This document shows, piece after piece, positions 1 to 9,549 of a DNA stretch of 64,000 nt (positions within the stretch are counted from its first letter, which is position 1; each line of letters starts with the position of its first letter). Position numbers and translations under genes: made by a program. Below the pieces are notes generated by a model. The model did not search any database. It worked only from the letters and a program-made list of their open reading frames with translations, and was not told where the DNA came from. Origin of the DNA: a virus. The stretch spans positions 124,878 through 188,877 of IMG/VR virus record IMGVR_UViG_3300025030_000039, one strand, 5' to 3'.

Positions 1-10
1 TAAATTTTTT

Positions 11-616
11 ATGAAATATATTAAAGACTATAACGATTTTATTAATGAAGCTAAATTACCTGATGTAAATTTAAATCCATTATATTTAGAAGCTAAAGAA
101 AGTAAAAGATATAAAGAGTTAATTGAATTAGAAGTAAAAGATATATCTACATTACAACAATAAAAGAATGGTTCATTTCAATTTTCTCCATTATTTAGAA
201 TCAAAGAAGTTCAAACATTAAAAGATAATCCTTTGGTTAAAAAGCAACCTAAAGAAAAAATTTTAGATTATGATTTAATTTTAAATAATGAATTTAATAA
301 ATTTGAAATTTTTCAATGTCGTAAAAAAAGTGTTAGATTAAAACATGGATCTGGAACATATGCAGGTTTAAATATTGGAAAAATTGGAAAAAAATATACT
401 AACTATAATGATGCTTTGGAATTTATAATAAATACTATAAAAAAAGATAAAAAGAATGTTGAAGATATTGTAAAATATTGGAAACAAGAAATAAAAAATA
501 ATATGTCAGTTATTAGTATAGTTAGAAAAATATTTGAACTTGAATTTATTAAAAAATATTTTAATATACCAGATCATTTAATTAATGCTGATGATTTTGG
601 ATTCTTAGATAATTAA
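11..616 (+). pseudogene. MKYIK-N-terminal / ADDFGF-C-terminal family gene interrupted by a single in-frame TAA (161-163); N-part 11-163, C-part 164-616
   Basis: ATG at 11 encodes MKYIKDYNDFINE...STLQQ then TAA. The same frame stays open through the track ORF 233-616, which the track starts at an internal TTG. That ORF ends ...INADDFGFLDN, matching the C-terminus of the LRR paralogue at 9476-10165. Confidence 0.5.
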
Positions 617-631
617 AAATAAAATATTGAT

Positions 632-1015
632 ATGAAATACATAAAAGAGTATAGTGAATTTGTTAATGAATCAGTCGGAACTCCATTGACATTATATACA
701 GCAAGAGCTTCTAGTTATTTATCTCAACAATTAAAAATAGTTAAGGCTATTGAAGATAAAAAAACTCTTATGAATAAACCTAATACGGATAACGAAACAC
801 GAAAAACATTACAGGAGCATATAGCAGTCTTAAAAGAAAAGGAGGAAAAGATTAAACTGAATCTTGATAAGGCTATAGAAAAAGCTAGTGAAAAAGTTAA
901 AAAATTACCACAAGCTAAAAGAAATGCTTTAATGAAAATGGGAGAATCTGAAAAAGAAAAGGTTGATAAAATTAAAGAACAAATAATAGAGCTAAAACAA
1001 ATAAAGAGGAATTAA
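632..1015 (+). CDS. MKYIK-N-terminal family protein, Lys/Glu-rich and probably coiled-coil
   Basis: N-terminus MKYIKEYSEFVNES is shared with the ORFs at 11, 9476-10165(-), 47133 and 47553. Confidence 0.55.
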   Translation: MKYIKEYSEFVNESVGTPLTLYTARASSYLSQQLKIVKAIEDKKTLMNKPNTDNETRKTLQEHIAVLKEKEEKIKLNLDKAIEKASEKVKKLPQAKRNALMKMGESEKEKVDKIKEQIIELKQIKRN

Positions 1016-1029
1016 TTCCTCTTTATTTT

Positions 1030-1227
1030 TTAATTTTGTGACTCATCTTTAAATACAGGCCATTGAGCTCCATCTATTCGCATTTTTAAATAAGTAATAT
1101 GTTCCTTTAACATTTGATTAATTAATTCTAATTCTTGAAATTTATTACTTAAATGTTCATAGCCTTTTTCAACAACTAATAAACGCATTTCTAATCCTTT
1201 AATATGTTTAATATCCATTTCACTCAT
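1030..1227 (-). CDS. hypothetical small protein (65 aa)
   Basis: ORF abuts the S1-like gene on the same strand. Confidence 0.3.
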   Translation of the reverse strand: MSEMDIKHIKGLEMRLLVVEKGYEHLSNKFQELELINQMLKEHITYLKMRIDGAQWPVFKDESQN

Positions 1228-1229
1228 AA

Positions 1230-2399
1230 TTAAACTTTTTTAAATTCTATTTTTTTATTATCTATATCTATTTTAGAAATAATTACTTCTATTTCTTCAT
1301 TTTCTTTTAATTCAATACCTTCAAATTCTGATATATGAAGTAAACCTACAATGCTTTTTTCTAATTCGATAAATGCACCATAGTTTTTAATTGATGTTAT
1401 TCTACCTTTTGCTTTGCTTAAAGGTGGATATTTTTTATCTATATCTACCCATAAATCTTTTTGTAATTGAGTTAAAATTATTTTATTTTCATTTATAATA
1501 TCTTTAACTAAAAATTTAACTTTATCTCCAGCTTTAATACTTCTATTATTGAATTTATTTAACCATTCATCATTTAATTCATTCATAGGAATTAAACCAG
1601 TTAAACAACCAAATTGCGCAAATATTCCAAATTTTGTAGTTCCAGTAATAAATCCTTCATATTCATCATTAATATTATCTCTAATTTTATCTAAATTATT
1701 TCCAACTTGTGTTTTTAGATATTCTCTATGAGATACTACTATAGTACCTTTTTCTTTAGAATAATTTATAGGCATTACAATTAATTCTTTTCCTATAAGA
1801 GAATTAAAATCAATTAATTTATTCATTCCACCTAAAGATCCTGGCATAAATACTTCTATACTGTCAATTTTTAAAAGATAACCACCGTGAATTAATTCTT
1901 TTACTATTGCTTTATATGCAACAGGTTTTCCTACTGAATCTAAAATTTCTTGGAATTTATTATCTTTAATAGCATCTGAAAATGATGCTCTAAAATCATT
2001 ACTATTATTTTTTGAAATTTTTACTTTAATTTCATTACCTACTTGTAAAAGATCAGAATATTTTTTATCTTCTTTTTTAAGGTTTAACGTTACTGTATGT
2101 TTACTGTCTACTTCTAAGCAAGCATCTTCTTTATTAATTGAAACTATCTTTGCTGTTATCGTACTTCCATTTTGCAATTCAGTATATTCAAAGTCATTAT
2201 TAGGACCATTTGTATATAACTCATATGCTTCTTTTACATAAGATTCATCACTAAAGATTTTTGTTTTTCTTGGGATTTCTAATTCTACGAATTCTTCTTC
2301 GAATGGATTGTGTACGTTAGTTTTAATTTTTACTTTTGTTAACATTTTAAAAATAATTAAGGGTTGATAATGGATTAATCTAGGTGCATTTGGATGCAT
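1230..2399 (-). CDS. ribosomal protein S1-like protein with about four S1 RNA-binding domains
   Basis: S1 signatures GRITSIKNYGAFIELEKSIVGLLHISEF and GFITGTTKFGIFAQFGCLTGLIPMNEL. The segment GGYLLKIDSIEVFMPGSL...GKELIVMPINYSKEKGTIVVSHREYL aligns with Firmicute-type 4-domain RpsA. Confidence 0.65.
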   Translation of the reverse strand: MHPNAPRLIHYQPLIIFKMLTKVKIKTNVHNPFEEEFVELEIPRKTKIFSDESYVKEAYELYTNGPNNDFEYTELQNGSTITAKIVSINKEDACLEVDSKHTVTLNLKKEDKKYSDLLQVGNEIKVKISKNNSNDFRASFSDAIKDNKFQEILDSVGKPVAYKAIVKELIHGGYLLKIDSIEVFMPGSLGGMNKLIDFNSLIGKELIVMPINYSKEKGTIVVSHREYLKTQVGNNLDKIRDNINDEYEGFITGTTKFGIFAQFGCLTGLIPMNELNDEWLNKFNNRSIKAGDKVKFLVKDIINENKIILTQLQKDLWVDIDKKYPPLSKAKGRITSIKNYGAFIELEKSIVGLLHISEFEGIELKENEEIEVIISKIDIDNKKIEFKKV

Positions 2400-2542
2400 C
2401 CTATTAAATCTAATTTATTAATATAATAGGTACTATTATTTGCAATATGCGTTAAATAAGAGTGTACGTTTAATTTCGTTGTAACATTCATTAATGTTTA
2501 AATTAAAGGATTAAAAAATATATATCATAGGGACTTTTAAAA

Positions 2543-3817
2543 TTATTTAGCTTCACCTTCTCCAGTTTCATCGTCAGTACCATTAGATGGATCAGTTTTA
2601 AGTATTATAGTATCTCCAGAAGCAGATAATATTTCAGCTGTTAATTTTGTTCCTAAATCAGCATGAAAAAATTCTATTTGATTTCCAACTTTAAATGCCT
2701 TAGAAGGATCTGCTTTTTCATTATCTAATTTTAATGCTTTACTAGATGCTACATATCCTAAAACTTTAAATGGTGGTTGAGATGGAACACCAGCTGGAAA
2801 AAATAAACCTAAAATAGTTTCAGGTTTCAATAATCCAATCATCCATTTTATTATACATTGAACTAACAATAAAAAAGATATTATTTTATCAAATCCTGGA
2901 TATGATACTGCCATATCCATTAATTCATCTATTGTTAATTTAGGTGCTCCTATTTTAAATATTCTATCAAAAAATGCTTGAACACCTGCTGCTATACCAC
3001 TTATATCTACAACAGGAGGTGCAAATGATTTAGCTATTTCAGCTATAACGGGACCTAATATATCACCAATCATTCCTAATACAAATCCAACAGGGTCAGA
3101 TGCAATTTCAGTTAATTTATTTACTGCTGCTATAATATCAGTAGTTAAATCTTTTACAATATCTACTACAGCTTTAATAAGTCCTATTGCAAATTTAATA
3201 GGTAAAAATATTATTCCAATTATCTTAACATAAGGTATAAGATCAGTTAATAATTTACCAAATCCATCTATAGGAATATTCAATAATTGCATTACTTGAT
3301 CAATAATTTCTTGACCTAATGCTTGCAATGTATCTGGTATTAAAAGCTTAGCCTCATCTAACCATTTTTTCCAATCTATATCTGTTAATGTTAATGTATT
3401 TACTATTATATCTATTATAGCATCACCACTTGGAATAGGAACCATTAAAAAATCAAAAGGTTTTAATAATTTTGAAATTATAAATTCAACAACACTCATT
3501 GGTAAATTTGCTAATAAATCACTAATAGCACTTACAAGAGCAGCTACTTTACCGGCAAATTCAGCAGGAGCTTCTATACCAGCTTTTAATGCTTCTGTTA
3601 CAGCAGAAACTAAACCTATTAAAGGTTCATACGGAGTAGTAATACCTTTTTCAAAACTTCTTATTATAGTTTTTACTAAAGCACCCATACCTGGCTTTTC
3701 TGTATTCATATCTATTTCTAAACCTGAATCTTTTAAACAACTACCCAAGTCATCTATCATTTGTTGTAATTGTGAATCTTGTATCAATACTGGGTTTAAA
3801 CCAAAATCTGCTGCCAT
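2543..3817 (-). CDS. hydrophobic alpha-helical protein immediately downstream of the spike gene (tape-measure-like or membrane-active; function unknown)
   Basis: 424 aa rich in I/L/A/G/V with amphipathic stretches such as LIPYVKIIGIIFLPIKFAIGLIKAVVDIVKDL; sits 3 nt after the spike ORF. Confidence 0.4.
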   Translation of the reverse strand: MAADFGLNPVLIQDSQLQQMIDDLGSCLKDSGLEIDMNTEKPGMGALVKTIIRSFEKGITTPYEPLIGLVSAVTEALKAGIEAPAEFAGKVAALVSAISDLLANLPMSVVEFIISKLLKPFDFLMVPIPSGDAIIDIIVNTLTLTDIDWKKWLDEAKLLIPDTLQALGQEIIDQVMQLLNIPIDGFGKLLTDLIPYVKIIGIIFLPIKFAIGLIKAVVDIVKDLTTDIIAAVNKLTEIASDPVGFVLGMIGDILGPVIAEIAKSFAPPVVDISGIAAGVQAFFDRIFKIGAPKLTIDELMDMAVSYPGFDKIISFLLLVQCIIKWMIGLLKPETILGLFFPAGVPSQPPFKVLGYVASSKALKLDNEKADPSKAFKVGNQIEFFHADLGTKLTAEILSASGDTIILKTDPSNGTDDETGEGEAK

Positions 3818-3820
3818 AAT

Positions 3821-4603
3821 TTATTCTGTAAAAGATTTAGTACTTAATGGTGTTTCAAAGCCCATAGATATAGGGGTACCTGTGGGCGAACCTAAATTTC
3901 CGATGTGACAGTGCCCGTCAAATATAGGTTTAAAGCTCGTTCCTTGTACAAGAGCTTCTGCTGCAGCTGCCCCTAATTTTATTTTAGTTGCTTCTACTTC
4001 AGCTGTTCCAGATACTGTTAATGTTGCATCACCAGAACATTCACCTACTATGTTAACGCATTTAACGTTTATGTCAGCAGCTACTTCTAAGTTAACTGTG
4101 CCATCTGCTAATATTTCAAATAAATCTCCATTAGGATTTGTAATATGAAAGTTATTGTCAGGATCTAAATTAATTATAGTTTCTTTATAATCTATACTTA
4201 ATCCTTTTCCTTGTGTAAAATAAATTTTTAAAGCTTCATCTGTATCAAATATTAAAGAATGAAAATTTATAGGATCTGTTTTAATTTCTTCTTTTAATTC
4301 ATCAGAAATTCTTTGATGAAAAAAGTATTCAGGATGATAAATATTACCATTATCAAATTTAATTGATACTATAGATCCAACTCTTGGAACTGAATAATAA
4401 CCACCACCTGTTATTGATCCAGCTGTAGTATTATTAGCAGGATAAGCCCATGGAATATGTTCATTCGATAAATTATCAAATTTACCATATACTTTTACTT
4501 TTATTCTTCCTTCATATTGAGGATCTTCATTAACAACTACTTCACCTAACCAAGTAGATGTTGTTAAATTGTCACTATAATATTCTTCTTGTGTTAGTCT
4601 CAT
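3821..4603 (-). CDS. baseplate central spike, gpV/gp5(VgrG)-type N-terminal OB-fold with a C-terminal beta-helix and HxH apex
   Basis: LGEVVVNEDPQYEGRIKVKV...IPWAYP...TAGSITGGGYYSVPRVGSIVSIKFDNGNIYHPEYF matches the conserved gpV / phage baseplate assembly V pattern. The C-terminal GHCHIGNLGSPTGTP resembles the metal-binding HxH tip of P2 gpV-type spikes. Confidence 0.7.
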   Translation of the reverse strand: MRLTQEEYYSDNLTTSTWLGEVVVNEDPQYEGRIKVKVYGKFDNLSNEHIPWAYPANNTTAGSITGGGYYSVPRVGSIVSIKFDNGNIYHPEYFFHQRISDELKEEIKTDPINFHSLIFDTDEALKIYFTQGKGLSIDYKETIINLDPDNNFHITNPNGDLFEILADGTVNLEVAADINVKCVNIVGECSGDATLTVSGTAEVEATKIKLGAAAAEALVQGTSFKPIFDGHCHIGNLGSPTGTPISMGFETPLSTKSFTE

Positions 4604-4605
4604 AA

Positions 4606-6285
4606 TTAATTGTATACATTTTCATTATTAATTGAACCATGATTTAATGTTCCATCTGGAAATATAACTATTTTGTTTATAATTAAATCTTTATTTAAAG
4701 TATTATCGGGCAAAATATCTATATTTCCTAAATTTAAAGAAATAGGTCTATGTTGAAAAATATTCATAGGGTTAAAATTATCATTGGTAGCTAAATGTTT
4801 ACCTGAAAATATATTATCAGTATCTGCAGGTTTATAACTTTCAGTTCCATCTGGTAAAATAGATAATTTAAATGGCCTATTTGTATTAATACTATTAGGA
4901 AAAATATTATCTTTATCTACAGCATTATAGCTTTTAGTTCCAACTGGTAATAAAGGTTCTGTATTAGATTTAATATAACTAGCAGTTCCATCTTTAAGTA
5001 TAGGTTCTTCATTTAAATCAAATGTTCCGTGTGTTATATTTTGATATATTTTAACTTGGTTCATTTTAAATTTAGACACATCTATACCATGAAGTCCTTT
5101 ATAAATATTATCACTCATTCCAAATAAACCTTTAGCAAATTTAGTAACTCCACTTTCAATTGCACCACTTACTTTATCAATAGCTCCATTAATAACAGCC
5201 ATTCCTTTTCTTAAATATTTATTACTAGGCATATGAATGCCTGAATCCATTTGTATAAATCTTTTTCTTTTAGATTTATCTATAGTACCTTCTATTTTAT
5301 CTTTAGGTGTACCATTTTTAAGCATAGGATGATCTGTAATAATACTAGAATACCAAAGTGGAGCAGAATCTATTTCAAGTACTTGATATTCAAAAACTAA
5401 TTGTTGTTTAGTAGGTTCTGGTCTAACATTAGTAATATTTTCCCAGAATGCAGTACTCTCCATAGTATTGAATTCGCATTTTTTCGCAATAATAACATAT
5501 TGAGTTAAATTTTTCATTAATCTTCTAGCTGGATTATCACTATTATCACTACCTACATTATGACTTCTTGGTGCTAAATCTAAACCACTTAAAAGAGGAG
5601 TTGTATTATCAGCTTTCTTTTCTTTTATAAAATCTGTTTTACTATGAAATGGTCTAATATCTTGTATAAGAATTGTTACATTAAATTTTACAAGATTAGC
5701 AGGTATTATTTCCCTAACGAATTTAGAATCATAAGTAGCTGCTCTATATAAATCAAGTAATCCTGTTATAGCAAAATCCATAGATTCTAAACAATCAATA
5801 GATATTTTAGCATCATCACCTCCAGCAAAAGTAGAAAAATGATTATTATAAGTTTGCCATAATCTATCTAATCCAGTAATTCCTTGCCAATACCAAGGTT
5901 GATTTTGATTAATATATTGTAATCTGTTATAAAATTCTTGTAAATATTCTAATCTTATAGTTTCATTTTGTCTATATAAATATCCAGCTGCGCTATCTGC
6001 TGGATATGAAGGCTGTCCACTGCCTCCACTTCCACCCTGAAGACCTTTAAATAATGGGCTATCATACCAATCAAATAATAATTTAAATCCAAGATATGTA
6101 GGTTCACTGTATCTGCTATAGTCATGTGCAGTTCCTTTTTTAAATGCATTAACATCTGCAGACCAAAAAGTAGTACCTTTATTATCTATATCAGCATGAT
6201 ACATGATAGTTTTAGGATAATTACCTTTCAATAATCCTCCAACTGCGCCTTTTGCGGCATTCATTCCATCTTCTACTAATCCCAT
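4606..6285 (-). CDS. large tail/baseplate-associated protein (559 aa; hub- or wedge-like, unassigned)
   Basis: Lies directly upstream, in transcription order, of the spike. C-terminal repeats have the form [IL]P[DV]GTxSYxxxDxDNIF. Confidence 0.35.
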   Translation of the reverse strand: MGLVEDGMNAAKGAVGGLLKGNYPKTIMYHADIDNKGTTFWSADVNAFKKGTAHDYSRYSEPTYLGFKLLFDWYDSPLFKGLQGGSGGSGQPSYPADSAAGYLYRQNETIRLEYLQEFYNRLQYINQNQPWYWQGITGLDRLWQTYNNHFSTFAGGDDAKISIDCLESMDFAITGLLDLYRAATYDSKFVREIIPANLVKFNVTILIQDIRPFHSKTDFIKEKKADNTTPLLSGLDLAPRSHNVGSDNSDNPARRLMKNLTQYVIIAKKCEFNTMESTAFWENITNVRPEPTKQQLVFEYQVLEIDSAPLWYSSIITDHPMLKNGTPKDKIEGTIDKSKRKRFIQMDSGIHMPSNKYLRKGMAVINGAIDKVSGAIESGVTKFAKGLFGMSDNIYKGLHGIDVSKFKMNQVKIYQNITHGTFDLNEEPILKDGTASYIKSNTEPLLPVGTKSYNAVDKDNIFPNSINTNRPFKLSILPDGTESYKPADTDNIFSGKHLATNDNFNPMNIFQHRPISLNLGNIDILPDNTLNKDLIINKIVIFPDGTLNHGSINNENVYN

Positions 6286-6289
6286 TTTC

Positions 6290-7556
6290 TATATTTTATT
6301 TTGATGCGATGTAGTTTAATTTAAAATTAGAGGGACCACATACTCCTCTATGTAAAATATTCACTGCTGCATTATAATCTGCATCAATCTCTATTTTACA
6401 GCTTGAACATAAATAAACTTCACCTTTACGACTCTCTTTATCTATATTCGCGCATTTTGAACAAGTCTGGCTAGTATACGCTGGATTCACCTGCTTAATA
6501 AAGAAACCTTCTTCCTCGGCCAATAAATTTAATCTAGCATACACCTTTGGATAACTCCATCGCTGTATCTTATTCATTATTTTGTTATTTATATATTTGT
6601 TTGAATTATATTTAACATTTTTTAATTCTTCAATAATCAATTGATCGGGACTTTCATTTCTTATAAACTCTTTAACAGTTACATTAATTAACTCATCTCT
6701 TTCAATCAATGCTCTTTTAAATGATTTACTACCTTGCTCTTTTCTAGCTATCTTATAATAAATATTAAATAATTCTTTTCCATAATGTTCTCCTGAACTA
6801 GAAGATATTAATTTTTTATATCCTGTATCTATTCCTATAGACTTAATTATTTCTTTCTTTTTAGGTTCTTTCTTTTCCCATATTAAATCTATAAAAAATT
6901 TATCATCTTTTTTTCTTAATATTATTGTATTCTTTCTGTTCCAATTTTCGTTTATAAACCTATTACTTTGTCTATAATGCTTAATAGGAATATTAATTTT
7001 AACTGATAAATGTTTATTATCTTGAAAATAAGGAGTTTTAATTCTAATAAATTCATCAAATATATTTCCTTTTTTAATATCAAATAATCTATTATCAATA
7101 TACAATGAAACATTTTTAATTTGAATTTTTGGAATTCTTTTGATATAATTTATGTTTAATTCACTAAATCTTTTAGATGTAAAGTTTTGATGAATATTAT
7201 TTTTTATACATTTAGAATAAAGATATTTATATTTTTTATAAACTTTATTTTTAGATTTTTCTGTAGTACTTTTAATTATTTCAATTGCTTGTTTATATAT
7301 AATATGTTTCCATTGAGAGTGTTTAAAAATATAATTTGGTAAAATTTTAGATGATATAAATTTTTCAAAAGGTAAAGTTTTGTTTAAAATTAGATCGATA
7401 TAATATTGAAGCATTAGTTTATAATCATTATAGAATTGATCTATAATATTTAATTTTTCTTTATTTGAAAAACTTAAAACATGCTTACTCGTTCTTATCA
7501 TAATATATTTTCTTTAATAAATAAAAATTTTAATCAAATTGATGCGATGTACTCTC
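6290..7556 (-). mobile_element. IS1341-type (tnpB-only) insertion sequence, copy A, flanked by the 13-bp direct repeat TTGATGCGATGTA (6304-6316 and 7542-7554)
   Basis: About 90% aa identity to copy B. DNA identity to copy B ends right after GGTCCCTCTAATT at the 3' end on the minus strand. Confidence 0.55.
6296..7501 (-). CDS. tnpB: TnpB (IS200/IS605-family OrfB, RuvC-like nuclease with Zn finger), copy A
   Basis: RuvC-I SIGIDTGY, RuvC-II IIEELKNV, Zn finger CSKCANIDKESRKGEVYLCSSC, RuvC-III EIDADYNAAVNILHRG. Confidence 0.85.
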   Translation of the reverse strand: MIRTSKHVLSFSNKEKLNIIDQFYNDYKLMLQYYIDLILNKTLPFEKFISSKILPNYIFKHSQWKHIIYKQAIEIIKSTTEKSKNKVYKKYKYLYSKCIKNNIHQNFTSKRFSELNINYIKRIPKIQIKNVSLYIDNRLFDIKKGNIFDEFIRIKTPYFQDNKHLSVKINIPIKHYRQSNRFINENWNRKNTIILRKKDDKFFIDLIWEKKEPKKKEIIKSIGIDTGYKKLISSSSGEHYGKELFNIYYKIARKEQGSKSFKRALIERDELINVTVKEFIRNESPDQLIIEELKNVKYNSNKYINNKIMNKIQRWSYPKVYARLNLLAEEEGFFIKQVNPAYTSQTCSKCANIDKESRKGEVYLCSSCKIEIDADYNAAVNILHRGVCGPSNFKLNYIASK

Positions 7557-8940
7557 TTTTAAGAAGAGTTAATCTTTGTTTAATTGGTCCTGGAAAATTA
7601 TAAAAATATGTTATATCCGCAATAACATAATCACCACTTAAAAAATCATTTTTTAAAGGTGTTTTATCTAATGAATTTACTGTCTCTTCTTTCTGTATAC
7701 TTTTAGCAGTTTCTTCATAATTAAAAATAAATATAGGAACACTCTGAAATTTAGTTAATGTCATATCTGCAGATTCTAAAACTATATTCATTCCCATTTT
7801 AAATATTTCAGTTTTGTTTTGAAAGTTTAATACTTCAGAATATTTAAAATTTTCATGAACATTACCATCTGTTCTAGAATCTTGTTTTCCTAAATATTTA
7901 TATTTAACATGAGTATCAGAAACACCTTCAGGTACAAAATTATCCCCTTGTTTAATTAATCTTCCTTTTAAATGAACCATATTTTCAGAACCTTCAGTTG
8001 TTAATGGATCAACAAATTCACTTACATATTGATCTCCATCTACTTCAAAAAATTGCGCGTATCTTTTATATCCATTCATAAGAAATATTGTTCCACTATT
8101 ATTAAACATTTGATAATCAGTAATATATTTAGAAGTCCCTTCGAATGTAACATGATTAGTTAACATTAAAGGAGCTTTTTGAATATCTTTTTTTAATTCA
8201 TCAGGTGATACAGTATATCTAGCATCATTAACTCTATAAATTTCTGATTCAGTTATTTCAGAATCAATAGAAAATTGTTTATTAATATTTATAAAACATA
8301 AATTATAATACGAGTCAATATATGATGTAAAAAAACTCGTATCATCTTTATATACATTTGATAAAGAATCCTTTAAAAACTTTATTGTTGTATCTAATGG
8401 ATTAATCCATTTCATTTTATCATTAGTATTTTCTTCATTAGTGGCAAATCCTAATTCTAATTTTTGAGAAATTTCTAAAAATAAATCATAACTACTCATG
8501 TCATAAGATTCACAAAATTCAGTTAATAGATTTGGTACTTTCATTTGACCATAAATAGTAAATAATGTAGGTAACTTAGAAGATTTATCTCTAAATTGTG
8601 GACTAACGGATAAAATATCAAAATCTATTCTTATTTGTTTAAATACTTCTTCATTATTAGATCTTATTAAAAAGTTAATAACATCACCATCTCTTGGAAA
8701 AAATCTGGACATAAAGTTCATACTTTTATCTTGAACATTAACTCTAATTGTTGGTAAAAATGATGTTAAATTTAATTCAAATGAACCTAATTCTTTTATA
8801 TCAAATTCATAACCATTTATTTTAATTAATGGGAGATGTATACCTCCAAAATCTGAAGCATCACTTTCAGGAATAGCCATTTCATCAATAGTTATGGTTT
8901 TTTCAGTTATATTTAATATTGTATTTTCTAAATTTGCCAT
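7534..8940 (-). CDS. tail/baseplate-associated hypothetical protein (468 aa)
   Basis: Lies between the LysM gene and the spike region; its C-terminus ...EYIASI shares the 13-bp repeat with the IS flank. Confidence 0.3.
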   Translation of the reverse strand: MANLENTILNITEKTITIDEMAIPESDASDFGGIHLPLIKINGYEFDIKELGSFELNLTSFLPTIRVNVQDKSMNFMSRFFPRDGDVINFLIRSNNEEVFKQIRIDFDILSVSPQFRDKSSKLPTLFTIYGQMKVPNLLTEFCESYDMSSYDLFLEISQKLELGFATNEENTNDKMKWINPLDTTIKFLKDSLSNVYKDDTSFFTSYIDSYYNLCFININKQFSIDSEITESEIYRVNDARYTVSPDELKKDIQKAPLMLTNHVTFEGTSKYITDYQMFNNSGTIFLMNGYKRYAQFFEVDGDQYVSEFVDPLTTEGSENMVHLKGRLIKQGDNFVPEGVSDTHVKYKYLGKQDSRTDGNVHENFKYSEVLNFQNKTEIFKMGMNIVLESADMTLTKFQSVPIFIFNYEETAKSIQKEETVNSLDKTPLKNDFLSGDYVIADITYFYNFPGPIKQRLTLLKREYIASI

Positions 8941-8943
8941 TTA

Positions 8944-9549
8944 TTATTGTTTAATAGTTTTAAAATTTGCATCAAATGTTATTTTACCGTTTTTTATAAT
9001 AGTTCCTTTTTCTCCAGGTTGTAAATAATTAGTTGGTAATACTTCTTTAACAGCTCCTTTTTTTCCTTTAGCTTTTTCTTTTAATCTATCTATTCTATTC
9101 TGATCTTTTTCTGTTAATCTATCTATATCAACATATTGAGATCTTAAATCTTTTGCAACAGGTTCACCTGGAGTTTCATATACATCAGAAGCATTATCTA
9201 CTTTTGGTATAACTAAAATATCTCCAACATTAATACTAAATGGATTATAAATCGCATTAGCTTTACAAATCAAATCAATATATTCAGTACTACCATAATA
9301 TGTTAATGCTATTAAATCCATTCTCATAGCAGTCTCTTCAGTAACATAATAAATAGCCATGGTTTTAAGATCAATATCATGCTTAATTGATTGAGATGAT
9401 AAATCTAAATATTTATCTCCATCTTCATCAGTAAGAGTTTTTTTATTTTGTAAAGATTTAATATTCATATTTATTTTATTTTTTAAATCCAAAAAATCCA
9501 AAATCATCTGCATTATACAAAAGATCATACTTCTTTCTAACCCAATCAC
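8944..9549 (-). CDS. LysM-domain tail protein (gpX-like); the true start is probably the internal Met at about 9468, which would remove the overlap with the LRR gene
   Basis: YYVTEETAMRMDLIALTYYGSTEYIDLICKANAIYNPFSINVGDILVIPK fits the LysM consensus. Confidence 0.55.
   Translation of the reverse strand: MIGLERSMIFCIMQMILDFLDLKNKINMNIKSLQNKKTLTDEDGDKYLDLSSQSIKHDIDLKTMAIYYVTEETAMRMDLIALTYYGSTEYIDLICKANAIYNPFSINVGDILVIPKVDNASDVYETPGEPVAKDLRSQYVDIDRLTEKDQNRIDRLKEKAKGKKGAVKEVLPTNYLQPGEKGTIIKNGKITFDANFKTIKQ

Noticed and set aside
8944-9549. 74-nt overlap between the LysM gene and the LRR gene as called by the ORF track
   Set aside because: It is probably an artefact of the longest-ORF rule. An internal Met at about 9468 gives a LysM protein that starts after the LRR stop.
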